Under the pieces are notes generated by a model. It saw nothing but the letters and a program-made list of their open reading frames with translations, was not told the DNA's origin and ran no database searches. A stretch of 64,000 nt of DNA from a bacterium (lineage in GTDB: Bacteria; Zhuqueibacterota; Zhuqueibacteria; Residuimicrobiales; Krinioviventaceae): assembly GCA_963693055.1 (NCBI GenBank), contig OY843751.1, positions 5,280,001 through 5,344,000 of the forward strand. The letters are read 5' to 3'. This document shows positions 30,822 to 41,014 of this stretch, one piece after another. Both the position numbers and the translations under genes were made by a program. The first letter of the stretch is position 1, and each line of letters starts with the position of its first letter.

Positions 30822-31976
30822 TCATGAGGTAACCGAACGTACAGCATTGAACAATCGTTCCAAAGCCTTGTTCAATACCGGACGCGGACAGCCAAAATTA
30901 AAACGTACAAATCCATCAAAATCAAAATCCGCACCGTCTGAAAATCCCAAACCGTGCTGTTCAAAAAACTTTATGGGATTTTCCAACCCCAACTCTCTTA
31001 CATCAATCCACGCTAAATATGTTGCTTCCACATGTGTCATATTTATGCAATGACAGTCTGCAACTGTTTTCTCCAGTAGATCCCTGTTTTCCTGCAAATA
31101 CTTTAATACAGCGGTTAACCATTCCTGCCCGTCTTTAAATGCCGCCAATGCTGCTGTATACCCCATAATATTTATATGCGGTACAATGCCTGCCATCTCT
31201 TTTTTATAGCGTTCCCGTAAATCCGGATCAGAAATAATTCCAAACCCGCAACCCAGACCTGCAATATTATAAGTCTTGCTGGGAGACATGAGTGTTATGG
31301 TCCGCTTGGCAATTTCAGGGTCAAGTGACGCGGTGGGTATATGCTTAACATCCTCATCAAGCAACAAATCACAATGGATCTCGTCCGAGCAAATGATTAA
31401 ATCATTTTTCTCACAAAACTCGGTCAGTTCCAACAGTTCATCCCGGGTATAGGCTCTGCCAGTGGGATTATGAGGATTACAAAAGAGCAGCAATCCGGTC
31501 TTGTCTGTCAATGCATCCTGCATTTTTTCCAGATCCATTACCCATTTACCGCTTGATTTATCGAGCGGCACCTTTATTAGATTTCGGCGCGAGTTCCCCG
31601 GTGCATCCAAAAACGGAGGATATACAGGTGTTACGGACATGACATCATCGCCATCATTACCCACAGCTCGGCACGCCAGATTAAAGCCGCATACAAGGCA
31701 GGGGATCCAAACAATCCAGTCAGATTCTATCTTCCAGCTATAGAGCCGGTCCATGCGTTCTATAATCACATCAACCAGTTCTTCCGGAGCTAATGTATAT
31801 CCGAAAACACCATGATGTGTGCGCTTGTAAAGCGCCTGCATAACAGCGGGAGGAGACTCAAAATCCAGATCAGCAACCCAAAGTGGTAAAATATCTCGGT
31901 TTTTGTATTTAACCCATTTCAGGCTCGAGGTGGGGGTACGATCAATAATTCTGTCAAAATCTGCAAAATACGTCAT
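30822..31976 (-). CDS. patB: MalY/PatB PLP-dependent C-S lyase (cystathionine beta-lyase)
   Basis: SLKW, PLWVADLDF, HGVFGY, CNPHNPTG, SDEIHCD, SPSKTYNIAG, TYLAWID, RFNFGCP; AGGAGG SD before ATG 31976. Confidence 0.93.
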   Translation of the reverse strand: MTYFADFDRIIDRTPTSSLKWVKYKNRDILPLWVADLDFESPPAVMQALYKRTHHGVFGYTLAPEELVDVIIERMDRLYSWKIESDWIVWIPCLVCGFNLACRAVGNDGDDVMSVTPVYPPFLDAPGNSRRNLIKVPLDKSSGKWVMDLEKMQDALTDKTGLLLFCNPHNPTGRAYTRDELLELTEFCEKNDLIICSDEIHCDLLLDEDVKHIPTASLDPEIAKRTITLMSPSKTYNIAGLGCGFGIISDPDLRERYKKEMAGIVPHINIMGYTAALAAFKDGQEWLTAVLKYLQENRDLLEKTVADCHCINMTHVEATYLAWIDVRELGLENPIKFFEQHGLGFSDGADFDFDGFVRFNFGCPRPVLNKALERLFNAVRSVTS

Positions 31977-32090
31977 TTGAACTTTCCTCCTACTAGACTC
32001 CATATAACCACTGACTAATATTAACAGTTTTAAATTAAAAAGCAAGCAAAGTGTATCAAACTGTTCATTTTCAGATGATTGTATCGTTCG

Positions 32091-32123
32091 AAAACAACTC
32101 TGCAAATTTTGCAGAGTTGTTTT
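32091..32123. promoter_or_regulatory. perfect 33-bp palindrome, candidate operator/enhancer
   Basis: AAAACAACTCTGCAAA-T-TTTGCAGAGTTGTTTT in the divergent patB / large-protein intergenic region. Confidence 0.6.
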
Positions 32124-32216
32124 AAAATAATTCGTACCATCATCAAAAAGCGTCAACGTAAACCCAATAAAAACAATGCAAAAATTTGAAAAAAAAGTGA
32201 GAAATCAGACTTTTTC

Positions 32217-32232
32217 AGGTGCAGATTTTGCA
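32217..32232 (+). promoter_or_regulatory. sigma54-like -24/-12 promoter
   Basis: AGG-TGCAGATTTT-GCA: GG-N10-GC with TTTTGCA at -12, about 40 bp before the ATG. Confidence 0.45.
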
Positions 32233-32271
32233 ACAGCGGGCATAAACTTGACCGAAACCACAGGAGAAAAA

Positions 32272-35200
32272 ATGAACTCGGAAACAGCAAGAAAATCCTA
32301 TACCTGGAAAAGTAAAACCTTTTACACCTATTTCCTGATACTCCTCACACTCGCATTATCAGCTTTGCCTGTCTTTGCTATCAGTGTGAATGATTTGGAA
32401 ATTGTACCCGGCTATGTATTAGATGCAAATGGAAAGTATGCTGACATTGCAATAAGCCCGGTAGACAAGAGTGTTCATGTGGTATGGGAAAACAATTATG
32501 ATGTATATTACAGTTATCGCACTCCGGACGGCAACTGGATGCCCCCCGAAACCATTGGCGATGGCGGCAGAATTGTAGAGGGGCTGGATGAGCATGGCTT
32601 ACCAGATCGCTGTTCCGCAATAACAGTAGATGGTAATGGGGTTGTTCATATTGTTTTTGCTGAACGTGATGGCGACTTTAATTATTGCAAGGGAAACTAT
32701 GGCAACTGGGGCATAATTGATGAGATCGAAGAATCCCCAACCTCTAAAATAGTGCCAGACATTGTTGAATCACAAGGCAATATTTATACTATCTATGAAG
32801 AAGGATATGAAGACAATATCTATGTGGTACCATACATCAATGGCCAATGGCAATCCAAAATCTTTATCGAACGCGGGGAATATCCCTCTCTTTACAAAAA
32901 CGATACCGGTACCATTTACTTGCTAAGCAGAAACCGTGAAACCATCCGTAACGCGTTGTTTGGTTATCTGCAAACCGGAGAAACCAGTTTTCACATGGTT
33001 TCCAATGTAACAGATGCCGTTTACAGACTTGGCGGAGGCCCCAACCTGGCAGTACATAATGGCAAATTGTATCTGGCGTGGTGTGATGTGCCCGGTCCGG
33101 ATGGTCCTACAAAGACTATAATGTTTTGTGGAACAGCCGAAGAACCCGGTCTTTCATGGAATACTAAATTGGGTGGAAGTAATCCTCTCTATTACGAAGA
33201 TACCGCAACTCCACATCCTCGTGTTGCAACCTTTGATGATGGCACCGTAGTTTATATGAACGCAAGACGTCAGGATAAACGCTATATGATTTGGGAAGGA
33301 GACCAATGGAGTGTAGGCAGAGAAGCTCCCTGGCTTGGTGGTTTGATAGAAGTAGAAAGTGATGGTTCTACCATTTGGGTTGCAAACACTTCTGCTCCGG
33401 GCATTACGGTTTTTGGTATTCGTAATCCTACCCTCATTCAATCCAATGACCTGGAAATTGCCGAACATACTGTTTTGGACGAGCATGGTTTTAGCGGAGA
33501 TATTGCTATCAATCCGTTAAACGGAGATATTAGCAGTTTGTGGGTCAACGACAACGATATTCGAATTCGCACAAGAAGCGCAGAAGGTGGCTGGGACCAA
33601 ATGCAGGAACTGGCTTTAGATAATATCAATGTTTATGGCGAAGATCAATACCAGTTTCCGCAACGCTGTACAGCCATGGATATTGATTCCGCCGGCATTA
33701 TACACATTGTATTAGCAGACGAAAACGGTAATATCTATGCCATGAACAACAGCAGTGGTGATTGGTCGGAACCTGAACTTTTGGCAACGGTACCCTCCTT
33801 TGCTATTTATCCGGATATTATTACCAAAGGCGAATATCGTTATGTAGTGTATCATGACGTTAGCAACAATACCGTCCAAGCTATTGAATATGACGGATCA
33901 TGGGGAGACCCTCAAGATCTGGGTATCGGTTCTCACCCCAGCCTTGAACGTGGTGAAAATGGTATGATTTATCTGCTCTTCCAGGAAGAGGAAACCGGCA
34001 AACGCTATGCACAATTTGCATACAAAGTACCGGGTTACACAGACTGGATGTTTCAGGAAAGTATAACCAATCCCGTAGACGAATTGGGTGATTCTCCGTA
34101 CATGGCTGTAGGCAATGGAAAAATCTATATTGGCTGGAACAACAACACCGAAAATTCAGGTGACTACAAGGGTGAAATTTTCTGTGCAGCGGCAGATGAA
34201 CCGGGCATGGACTGGACTTCCCGTTGGGGCAAAGAGCAACCCTTATTTTATGAAAATACGGGTGATCCTCATATCCGTCCTTCTGTCTATTCCGATGGAA
34301 GCGTTCTGCTTTTAAACGGCAGACGCCAAACCCCCAGAATTATGGTATACGAGAACGATATGTGGAGCAGTACTGCACTTGCGCCCTGGTCAGGCGGTAC
34401 ACCTCAGGTAGTTAATGACGGACAAAATGCCTGGGTTATGGTTTCTCAAATTTCATCCGCATCTTCAACTGTTTCTGTTTCTGCCATAGGCATGCCGGGA
34501 GCAGCTAAAAACACATATAACAATCCGGTGCCTGAATTTACAACAACACCTGATCTGTTTGCAAATGCAAATTCCGTTTGGACCTATTCACCCGCAGCCC
34601 TGGATGATGATGCCAATCCTTTGACCTGGGAACTGGTTTTAGGACCGGACAATATGACAATAAATCCATCTACAGGTGTTGTAGAATGGACACCCTCAGA
34701 AGAAGACAAAGATTTAGATCTTTGGGGTAAAGGCGCAGGTTATTACCTGACCGGTATTAAAGCCATAGACTCTGAAGGTGGTTGGCAAACCCAGTATTTC
34801 TGGATTCGAATTGCCGGCGTCAACTTTGATCCCAAAATTACATCTACACCTCAAACTCAAGCTTTTGTTGACACTTTGTATACATACAAAGTCATTGCAA
34901 GCGACGAAGATGGTGACACACTGAGTTTCTCAATTACCGAAGGTCCTGCAACAATGTCTATAGACGCTGATTCTGGCCTGGTAATATGGACTCCTCAGGA
35001 TGGAGACGAAGGGGACCATACTATCCGAATTCGAGTTGACGATGGTAAAGGCGGTTCCGCCGTTCAGGAATATACCCTGAATGTGATCAAGGTCGTTTTA
35101 CCTCCCGACCCATGGTTTGTTGCAGATACTACAAACGGACTTGCACCACTGACAGTTCAGTTTACAGATGAATCTGAAGGCGATATTATCTCGTGGCAGT

Positions 35201-36156
35201 GGGAATTTGGTGACGGTGGTACAAGTACACTGCAAAATCCATTGCATATTTTTGAAACAGCAGGTTCATTTTCAATCAGATTAAAAATTGTCAGTACCGG
35301 TGGTGTGGCCACACTGATACGCGAAGGCTATATCAATGTTTATAACGAAGACCTGGTTCCCGCCTTTAGTGCAGATACAACCAGCGGCAAAACCCCGTTA
35401 ACGGTCCAGTTTACAGATGAATCTACCGGAGACATTGATGAATGGTACTGGGATTTTGGTGATTCCACCTATAGCGATGAACAAAACCCACAGCATGTTT
35501 ACAGCACCAACGGCAACTTTGATGTTAAATTAACCATTAAAGGACCACGCGGCTCCAGCACCCTTGTTAAGGAATCTTACATTCAGATCATTCCAGATCC
35601 ACCAGTGGCAATGTTTTCCGCAGAACCCGTACAAGGTCCTGCCCCACTAACCGTTAATTTTAGTGATCAAAGCGAAGGTATAGTAGACAGCTGGTTCTGG
35701 AACTTTGGAGACGGTATTACAAGTGATGAACAAAATCCAACACATACCTATACAAGTGTGGGAACCTATACCGTAACACTGATTGCTACAAACAATGGTG
35801 GAAGTGATACATTGACAGTTAACGGATATGTACAGGTACAAACCGGTACACTGGTAGAAAGCAATACTGAAACACCAAACAAATTCCAATTGCAGCAGAA
35901 TTACCCCAATCCTTTCAATGCGCAAACAACAGTCCGCTATGACTTGCCTCGTGCTGCGGATGTATTACTAACCATCTATGATGTAAATGGTAAAATGGTT
36001 AAAACGCTTTTCAAGGGCGTTCAATCTGCCGGCACCTATCGGTACATTTGGGATGGTACCGATTATAATGGCAACATGAGCGCTTCAGGAATGTATATTC
36101 TCCATATGCAGGCCAATGACTATTTAAGCGACAAGAAAATCATACTCATCAAATAG
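32272..36156 (+). CDS. large secreted protein: two tandem propeller-like domains, two cadherin/He_PIG-like Ig domains, three PKD domains, FlgD-like C-terminal sorting domain
   Basis: Internal duplication (NDLEIVPGYVLD / NDLEIAEHTVLD); three PLTVxFxDxS...WxWxFGD...NPxH PKD repeats; LQQNYPNPFN; AGGAG SD before ATG 32272. Confidence 0.9.
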   Translation: MNSETARKSYTWKSKTFYTYFLILLTLALSALPVFAISVNDLEIVPGYVLDANGKYADIAISPVDKSVHVVWENNYDVYYSYRTPDGNWMPPETIGDGGRIVEGLDEHGLPDRCSAITVDGNGVVHIVFAERDGDFNYCKGNYGNWGIIDEIEESPTSKIVPDIVESQGNIYTIYEEGYEDNIYVVPYINGQWQSKIFIERGEYPSLYKNDTGTIYLLSRNRETIRNALFGYLQTGETSFHMVSNVTDAVYRLGGGPNLAVHNGKLYLAWCDVPGPDGPTKTIMFCGTAEEPGLSWNTKLGGSNPLYYEDTATPHPRVATFDDGTVVYMNARRQDKRYMIWEGDQWSVGREAPWLGGLIEVESDGSTIWVANTSAPGITVFGIRNPTLIQSNDLEIAEHTVLDEHGFSGDIAINPLNGDISSLWVNDNDIRIRTRSAEGGWDQMQELALDNINVYGEDQYQFPQRCTAMDIDSAGIIHIVLADENGNIYAMNNSSGDWSEPELLATVPSFAIYPDIITKGEYRYVVYHDVSNNTVQAIEYDGSWGDPQDLGIGSHPSLERGENGMIYLLFQEEETGKRYAQFAYKVPGYTDWMFQESITNPVDELGDSPYMAVGNGKIYIGWNNNTENSGDYKGEIFCAAADEPGMDWTSRWGKEQPLFYENTGDPHIRPSVYSDGSVLLLNGRRQTPRIMVYENDMWSSTALAPWSGGTPQVVNDGQNAWVMVSQISSASSTVSVSAIGMPGAAKNTYNNPVPEFTTTPDLFANANSVWTYSPAALDDDANPLTWELVLGPDNMTINPSTGVVEWTPSEEDKDLDLWGKGAGYYLTGIKAIDSEGGWQTQYFWIRIAGVNFDPKITSTPQTQAFVDTLYTYKVIASDEDGDTLSFSITEGPATMSIDADSGLVIWTPQDGDEGDHTIRIRVDDGKGGSAVQEYTLNVIKVVLPPDPWFVADTTNGLAPLTVQFTDESEGDIISWQWEFGDGGTSTLQNPLHIFETAGSFSIRLKIVSTGGVATLIREGYINVYNEDLVPAFSADTTSGKTPLTVQFTDESTGDIDEWYWDFGDSTYSDEQNPQHVYSTNGNFDVKLTIKGPRGSSTLVKESYIQIIPDPPVAMFSAEPVQGPAPLTVNFSDQSEGIVDSWFWNFGDGITSDEQNPTHTYTSVGTYTVTLIATNNGGSDTLTVNGYVQVQTGTLVESNTETPNKFQLQQNYPNPFNAQTTVRYDLPRAADVLLTIYDVNGKMVKTLFKGVQSAGTYRYIWDGTDYNGNMSASGMYILHMQANDYLSDKKIILIK

Positions 36157-36163
36157 CTTTAAC

Positions 36164-36201
36164 ATAACGGAAGGGAGAAATCCCTTCCGTTATCCTTTTT
36201 T
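36164..36201 (+). terminator. intrinsic terminator
   Basis: ATAACGGAAGGGA-GAAA-TCCCTTCCGTTAT followed by CCTTTTTT. Confidence 0.85.
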
Positions 36202-36285
36202 CTCCAAAACTGCTTTAATTTTTTGATTGAATTTAATAAATTTATTTTATAACTTTTTTCACAACTTAAACGTTTGAGGAGAGAT

Positions 36286-38415
36286 ATGGGAAAAAAAATA
36301 TTTTATTTCACAATGTATTTACTAATCAGTATTGCCTTTACAAGCTGTAATAGCACCTCTTCCAGGATTGATCGAAAAGCAGTTGTTACACGTAACAATC
36401 CGCACATCACCACAGTCGATCCCCTGGCACCACTTACCGTAGGTAACGGTGAATTTGCTTTTACTGCTGACGTTACAGGCCTTCAGACCTTTCCGGATTT
36501 TTACTACCAAAATGGCATCCCCATAGAAACACAGACTGAATGGGCATGGCACTCTTTTGACAATCCCAATGGATATACTTTAAAAGATGCCTATCGCTAT
36601 TATGACGTACATGGCCGCCAGGTGGGATACCCTACCAACGAACGAACCAAAGCCGGTCAATGGTTGCGTTTAAATCCGCATAAGCTACCGTTGATTGAAA
36701 TTGGCTTTAGATACAAAAAAGCAGATGGCTCTGAATTAACTGTCAAGGATGTTAAAAATATCGACCAAACGCTGGACATGTGGACCGGTTTACTTTCAAG
36801 CTCCTTTACACTCGACAATGCCCCCGTCAATGTTCAAACCGTTTCTGATCCAGAGGCAGACAAGGTGTCTTTCAAGGTGCAATCTCCCTTGTTAAAAGAG
36901 GGTAAATTGACTGTTTCGCTAAGGTTCCCCTTTACACACAATACCCGCATTAAAAACAAACCAGATGTAGACTGGAACAGCCCTGATAAACACACCACCA
37001 CAATTCTGGATCAGGCAAAGGATCATATTATTTTGCAAAGAGATTTGGATACAACCCGCTTTTACACTCAATTCACCTGGTCTGGTTCTGCAAAACTTGA
37101 ACAACCCAACAAGCATGCGTTTGTATTGTCAAATCCATCCGAGTCTTTTGAATTTTCCTGTGAATTTTCTCAAGACAAAAATTTTGCAGCAGGTAACATT
37201 CAATCCATTACTGCGGCATCCGCAGAAGCGTGGGAAGCATACTGGCTCTCCGGCGGTATGATTGACTTTTCAGAATGTAAAGATACCCGTGCCAAAGAAC
37301 TGGAAAGACGCGTTATTTTGTCATTATATCTCATGCGCAATCAATATTGCGGCAAAATACCACCATCCGAAACCGGTCTGACCCATAGCAGTTGGTATGG
37401 TAAACACAATACGGAAATGTACTGGTGGCATGCTGCACATTTTGCATTGTGGGACCGTCCAGAGTTGATGGAAAACAGTTTGCCCTGGTACATATCCATT
37501 ATGGACCATGCAAAAGCTACAGCCAAAGAACGCGGATTTGAAGGCGCCAACTGGTCAAAAATGGTAGGACCGGACGGCCGTGAAAGTCCCGGTGGCAACC
37601 CACTCATTATCTGGAACCAACCCATGCCTATTTATATGGCCGAATTAATTTATCGTCAGCATCCTACTCAGAAAACGTTGAACAAATATAAAGAAATGGT
37701 TTTTGAAACCGCTAAATTTTTAGCTTCCTTTGCCTATTGGGATAAAGATACGCAACGCTATGTTTTGGGTCCCCCATTGTGGCTGTCTCAGGAAATTTAT
37801 GACCAAAGCAAGAGTCAGAATCCTACCTTTGAACTGGAATACTGGTATTTCAGCCTGAAACTCGCACAGGAATGGAAAGAACGCTTGGGCGAGCCCCGTG
37901 TAGAAAAATGGGACCATGTCATTGAACACATGTCTCAATTACCAACCAAAGACGGATTATATGTGGCCCTGGAATCTACTCCAGACACTTTTGATAATAT
38001 AGAAAGCCGCAGAGACCACCCCTCATTGCTGGCAGTGTTGGGTGTTTTGCCCGGTGAACGTGTTGACAAAGAAATTATGAAAAAAACGTTGGACCAGGTC
38101 ATGAAAACCTGGGACTGGGAAGCCAAAATCTGGGGTTGGGACTACCCCATGATCGCCATGACGGCAACCCGTGTTGGTCGTCCTGACATCGCAGTCAAAG
38201 TATTATTGATGGATGCCCCCAACAACGACTATACAGCGAATGGTCACTGTCCACAACGTCAAGACCTGGCTGTTTATATGCCGGCTAACGGCTCTTTATT
38301 GTCCGCTGTTGCATTAATGTGCGCCGGTTGGGACGGAGCTGAAACTGAATCGCCCGGCTTTCCCAAAGACGGCAACTGGAACGTAAAATGGGAAGGTATT
38401 TCACCTCTGCCATAA
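36286..38415 (+). CDS. six-hairpin glycoside hydrolase lipoprotein (GH65/GH95-like)
   Basis: IDRKAVVTR, LTVGNGEFAFTADVTGLQT, ELERRVILS, ETGL..SWYGK, WGWDYPM, NGSLL; lipobox FTSC. Confidence 0.8.
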   Translation: MGKKIFYFTMYLLISIAFTSCNSTSSRIDRKAVVTRNNPHITTVDPLAPLTVGNGEFAFTADVTGLQTFPDFYYQNGIPIETQTEWAWHSFDNPNGYTLKDAYRYYDVHGRQVGYPTNERTKAGQWLRLNPHKLPLIEIGFRYKKADGSELTVKDVKNIDQTLDMWTGLLSSSFTLDNAPVNVQTVSDPEADKVSFKVQSPLLKEGKLTVSLRFPFTHNTRIKNKPDVDWNSPDKHTTTILDQAKDHIILQRDLDTTRFYTQFTWSGSAKLEQPNKHAFVLSNPSESFEFSCEFSQDKNFAAGNIQSITAASAEAWEAYWLSGGMIDFSECKDTRAKELERRVILSLYLMRNQYCGKIPPSETGLTHSSWYGKHNTEMYWWHAAHFALWDRPELMENSLPWYISIMDHAKATAKERGFEGANWSKMVGPDGRESPGGNPLIIWNQPMPIYMAELIYRQHPTQKTLNKYKEMVFETAKFLASFAYWDKDTQRYVLGPPLWLSQEIYDQSKSQNPTFELEYWYFSLKLAQEWKERLGEPRVEKWDHVIEHMSQLPTKDGLYVALESTPDTFDNIESRRDHPSLLAVLGVLPGERVDKEIMKKTLDQVMKTWDWEAKIWGWDYPMIAMTATRVGRPDIAVKVLLMDAPNNDYTANGHCPQRQDLAVYMPANGSLLSAVALMCAGWDGAETESPGFPKDGNWNVKWEGISPLP

Positions 38416-38439
38416 TTTAATTTTTCCACAATTACCCTG

Positions 38440-38478
38440 AGCATGGGTCGGAGCTTCCACCCGATCCATGCTTTTTTT
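38440..38478 (+). terminator. intrinsic terminator
   Basis: AGCATGGGTCGG...CCGATCCATGCT followed by a T-run, between convergent genes. Confidence 0.8.
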
Positions 38479-39577
38479 ATTTCACAAACACCATTTTTCT
38501 CGACACCCGGTAGTCTCCCACAACAATGCTGTATATATATACCCCCGAGCTCAATCTTGCAGCATCCCAATCAATTGAATGGAAACCGGGTTGAACAAAT
38601 CCGTTCAATAGCGTAGCAACTTTTTGCCCTGTAATATTATAAACATCTAAACTTGTCCACATATACTCAGGAACCTGGAAACGAATTGTCGTTATGGGAT
38701 TAAAAGGATTGGGATAGTTTTGATACAGTTCAAAGCCTTCCGGCACCGGGTTCTCACCATCAACATCCGTAATAATGGGTGTCAGATCAATAAAGTCCAC
38801 TGTATTGTCACTGTAATTCGGAACAGCAAGAATATTATCTCGTGTATTGATATAAATATCTGCAGGATCAATATGCCCGGTTGATATGGTATCTGCTTCT
38901 TCCAGGCTAAACAAGGGATCATAACGGAATACGCCATCGCTTCCCCATGAAGAAAAATAAATATACCCGGTACTGTCTATGGCCAGACCATCCAACTGTC
39001 CATGGTAGGTCCGAATAACCTCAGTTACCGATGAATCAGCAAGGTCAACACGTTTAATATCTCTACCGGTGCAAAAATACAACAATTCAGGATCAGGTAT
39101 ATACAGAATACCATTAATGCCGGTCAATCCTGTCGCAAAATCCGTGTAAAAATAGGTTTCCGGTCTAATCTTGTAAATCTTGCCCTGTGATGAATCCGTT
39201 ACATAAAGATTACCAAGCGTATCTGACGTTATGTCATTTAAAAACGTTCGCCCTTTAATTTCAATGATTCGGACCGTTTTCCCGGTCTCTAAATCAATTT
39301 CTACAATACCCTCGGTACCAGCCCCATAAAGATGACCATCAAGAATATGCAGCCCCCTGCACGATGACAGGGTATCATTAAAAACCGAACCTGTTAAAAG
39401 ACTATCCAAAACTATAATCTTGCCATCATTCTTGTTTGACACAAAATAACGATTGCTGTCATAATCAAACACTACACTTTCCGGCTCATTGAACAATCCA
39501 TCACCATAAACACCAAACGCAATTAAAAGTACCAGAATCAGTAAGGAAACACTGAATACGCTTTTATAATACGGCAT
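38477..39577 (-). CDS. SMP-30/gluconolactonase-like propeller with C-terminal secretion-sorting domain
   Basis: PESV, FLNDIT, NGI, LDGL, PADI propeller motifs; LYQNYPNPFNP...SSGVYIY...KMVFVK. Confidence 0.85.
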   Translation of the reverse strand: MPYYKSVFSVSLLILVLLIAFGVYGDGLFNEPESVVFDYDSNRYFVSNKNDGKIIVLDSLLTGSVFNDTLSSCRGLHILDGHLYGAGTEGIVEIDLETGKTVRIIEIKGRTFLNDITSDTLGNLYVTDSSQGKIYKIRPETYFYTDFATGLTGINGILYIPDPELLYFCTGRDIKRVDLADSSVTEVIRTYHGQLDGLAIDSTGYIYFSSWGSDGVFRYDPLFSLEEADTISTGHIDPADIYINTRDNILAVPNYSDNTVDFIDLTPIITDVDGENPVPEGFELYQNYPNPFNPITTIRFQVPEYMWTSLDVYNITGQKVATLLNGFVQPGFHSIDWDAARLSSGVYIYSIVVGDYRVSRKMVFVK

Positions 39578-39724
39578 AACACTCCTCCAAGCTATATACG
39601 TCTATATAACAAGTTTTTGGAGGTTAATAATCTGTAAATTTGCAGTACAACAGCTTGTTTTTTTACTTGGGAATTGTAATAAAATCTTTATATTGTAGAA
39701 TCCAATTGTATATCATTTTATAAT

Positions 39725-40360
39725 ATGGAGGTTTACTTGAAAGTAGTGAATCTTGTGAGTCATCCCCTGTTGCAGCATTCATTGACAATTCTTCGAGATA
39801 AAAATACAACTACCGAAACATTTGTTCGTCATTCGGCAGTGGTTTCACAAATATTGATACTGGAAGCAACCAAAAATCTAAAAATGGAAAACCACCCCAT
39901 TGAAACACCCATAACCCAAACAAACGGATTACAAATTCGCGAGTCCTTGGTATTTGTTCCGGTACTGCGTGCCGGTATTTCCATGCTCATACCGGCTAGA
40001 GAATTTTTACCCTGGGTTTCGGTCGGATTTATAGGGCTTGAACGTGACGAAAGCACCGCCAAGGCCCGCGAGTATTACCAGAAATTCCCTCACGATCTGG
40101 ATCGCAAACATGTCCTGGTGCTTGACCCCATGCTGGCAACCGGAGGTTCATTAATCAATACCATTCAAGCGCTACAGGATAAAGGCGCACATAAAATATC
40201 GGCAGTTTGTATTGTCGCGGCACCAGAGGGAATAGATGCCCTTCATAAACAGTTTCCTGCTGTAGATATCTTTACCGCTGCAATTGATTCGAATTTAAAT
40301 AATTTTAAATATATCGTCCCCGGATTGGGAGATTACGGTGACCGCTATTTCGGCACCTGA
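39725..40360 (+). CDS. upp: uracil phosphoribosyltransferase
   Basis: HPL..H, VPVLRAG, RDE, LDPMLATGGS, YIVPGLGDYGDRYFGT. Confidence 0.96.
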   Translation: MEVYLKVVNLVSHPLLQHSLTILRDKNTTTETFVRHSAVVSQILILEATKNLKMENHPIETPITQTNGLQIRESLVFVPVLRAGISMLIPAREFLPWVSVGFIGLERDESTAKAREYYQKFPHDLDRKHVLVLDPMLATGGSLINTIQALQDKGAHKISAVCIVAAPEGIDALHKQFPAVDIFTAAIDSNLNNFKYIVPGLGDYGDRYFGT

Positions 40361-40406
40361 TTCCCTTATCCGGATCATAACCTTAATCGACAGGAGAAAG
40401 CACGAA

Positions 40407-40961
40407 ATGAGAAATGCTGTATATTTTACTATTGTAATGATCATTCTGGCTACCGCACTATTATCAGGGTGCAGCCAGCAAAAGCAGGAGGCAAATATGG
40501 AAAGCAAGCCGGCCCAATTGATTGACAAGCTGGAAAATGCTGAAAAATATTACGATTTACATCCGGGTTTTCAAAAAGCCTTTGAATTTCTGCGTCAGGA
40601 AAACCTTGCGGAAATGGAAGCAAAACGTTATGAACTTGATGGAGACAAACTCGTTGCAACCATCGACAAAGCACAGGGCCGCAGTAAAGATTCTGCATAC
40701 CTTGAAGCACACCGTCAGTTTATCGATATCCAATATTGTATCAAAGGCCCGGAAACATTTGGCTGGAAACCCACAGATACTTGTACCGATGTCCGTGAAG
40801 AATACAAACCCGATATCATGTTCTTTAACGATACTCCGGATGCTTATAACACATTGACAGCCGGACAATTTACCATCTTTTTTCCAAATGACGCACACTC
40901 TCCACTGATAAGTGACGGAGACTTGCATAAAGTGGTAATCAAAGTAGCTGTAGATTATTAA
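40407..40961 (+). CDS. YhcH/YjgK/YiaL (NanQ-like) protein with N-terminal lipoprotein signal
   Basis: LEAHRQFIDIQY, GPE, DIMF, IFFPNDAHSP, KVVIKV; lipobox LLSGC; AGGAG SD. Confidence 0.85.
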   Translation: MRNAVYFTIVMIILATALLSGCSQQKQEANMESKPAQLIDKLENAEKYYDLHPGFQKAFEFLRQENLAEMEAKRYELDGDKLVATIDKAQGRSKDSAYLEAHRQFIDIQYCIKGPETFGWKPTDTCTDVREEYKPDIMFFNDTPDAYNTLTAGQFTIFFPNDAHSPLISDGDLHKVVIKVAVDY

Positions 40962-41014
40962 TTGATATTATCCATTCCCGGGGACCAGTTCCCCGGGATA
41001 TTAAAGGAATTTTT

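Noticed and set aside
31977-32271. N-terminal extensions of patB (to 32156) and the large protein (from 32176) in the ORF track
   Set aside because: Better SD-supported ATGs exist at 31976 and 32272; the region looks regulatory
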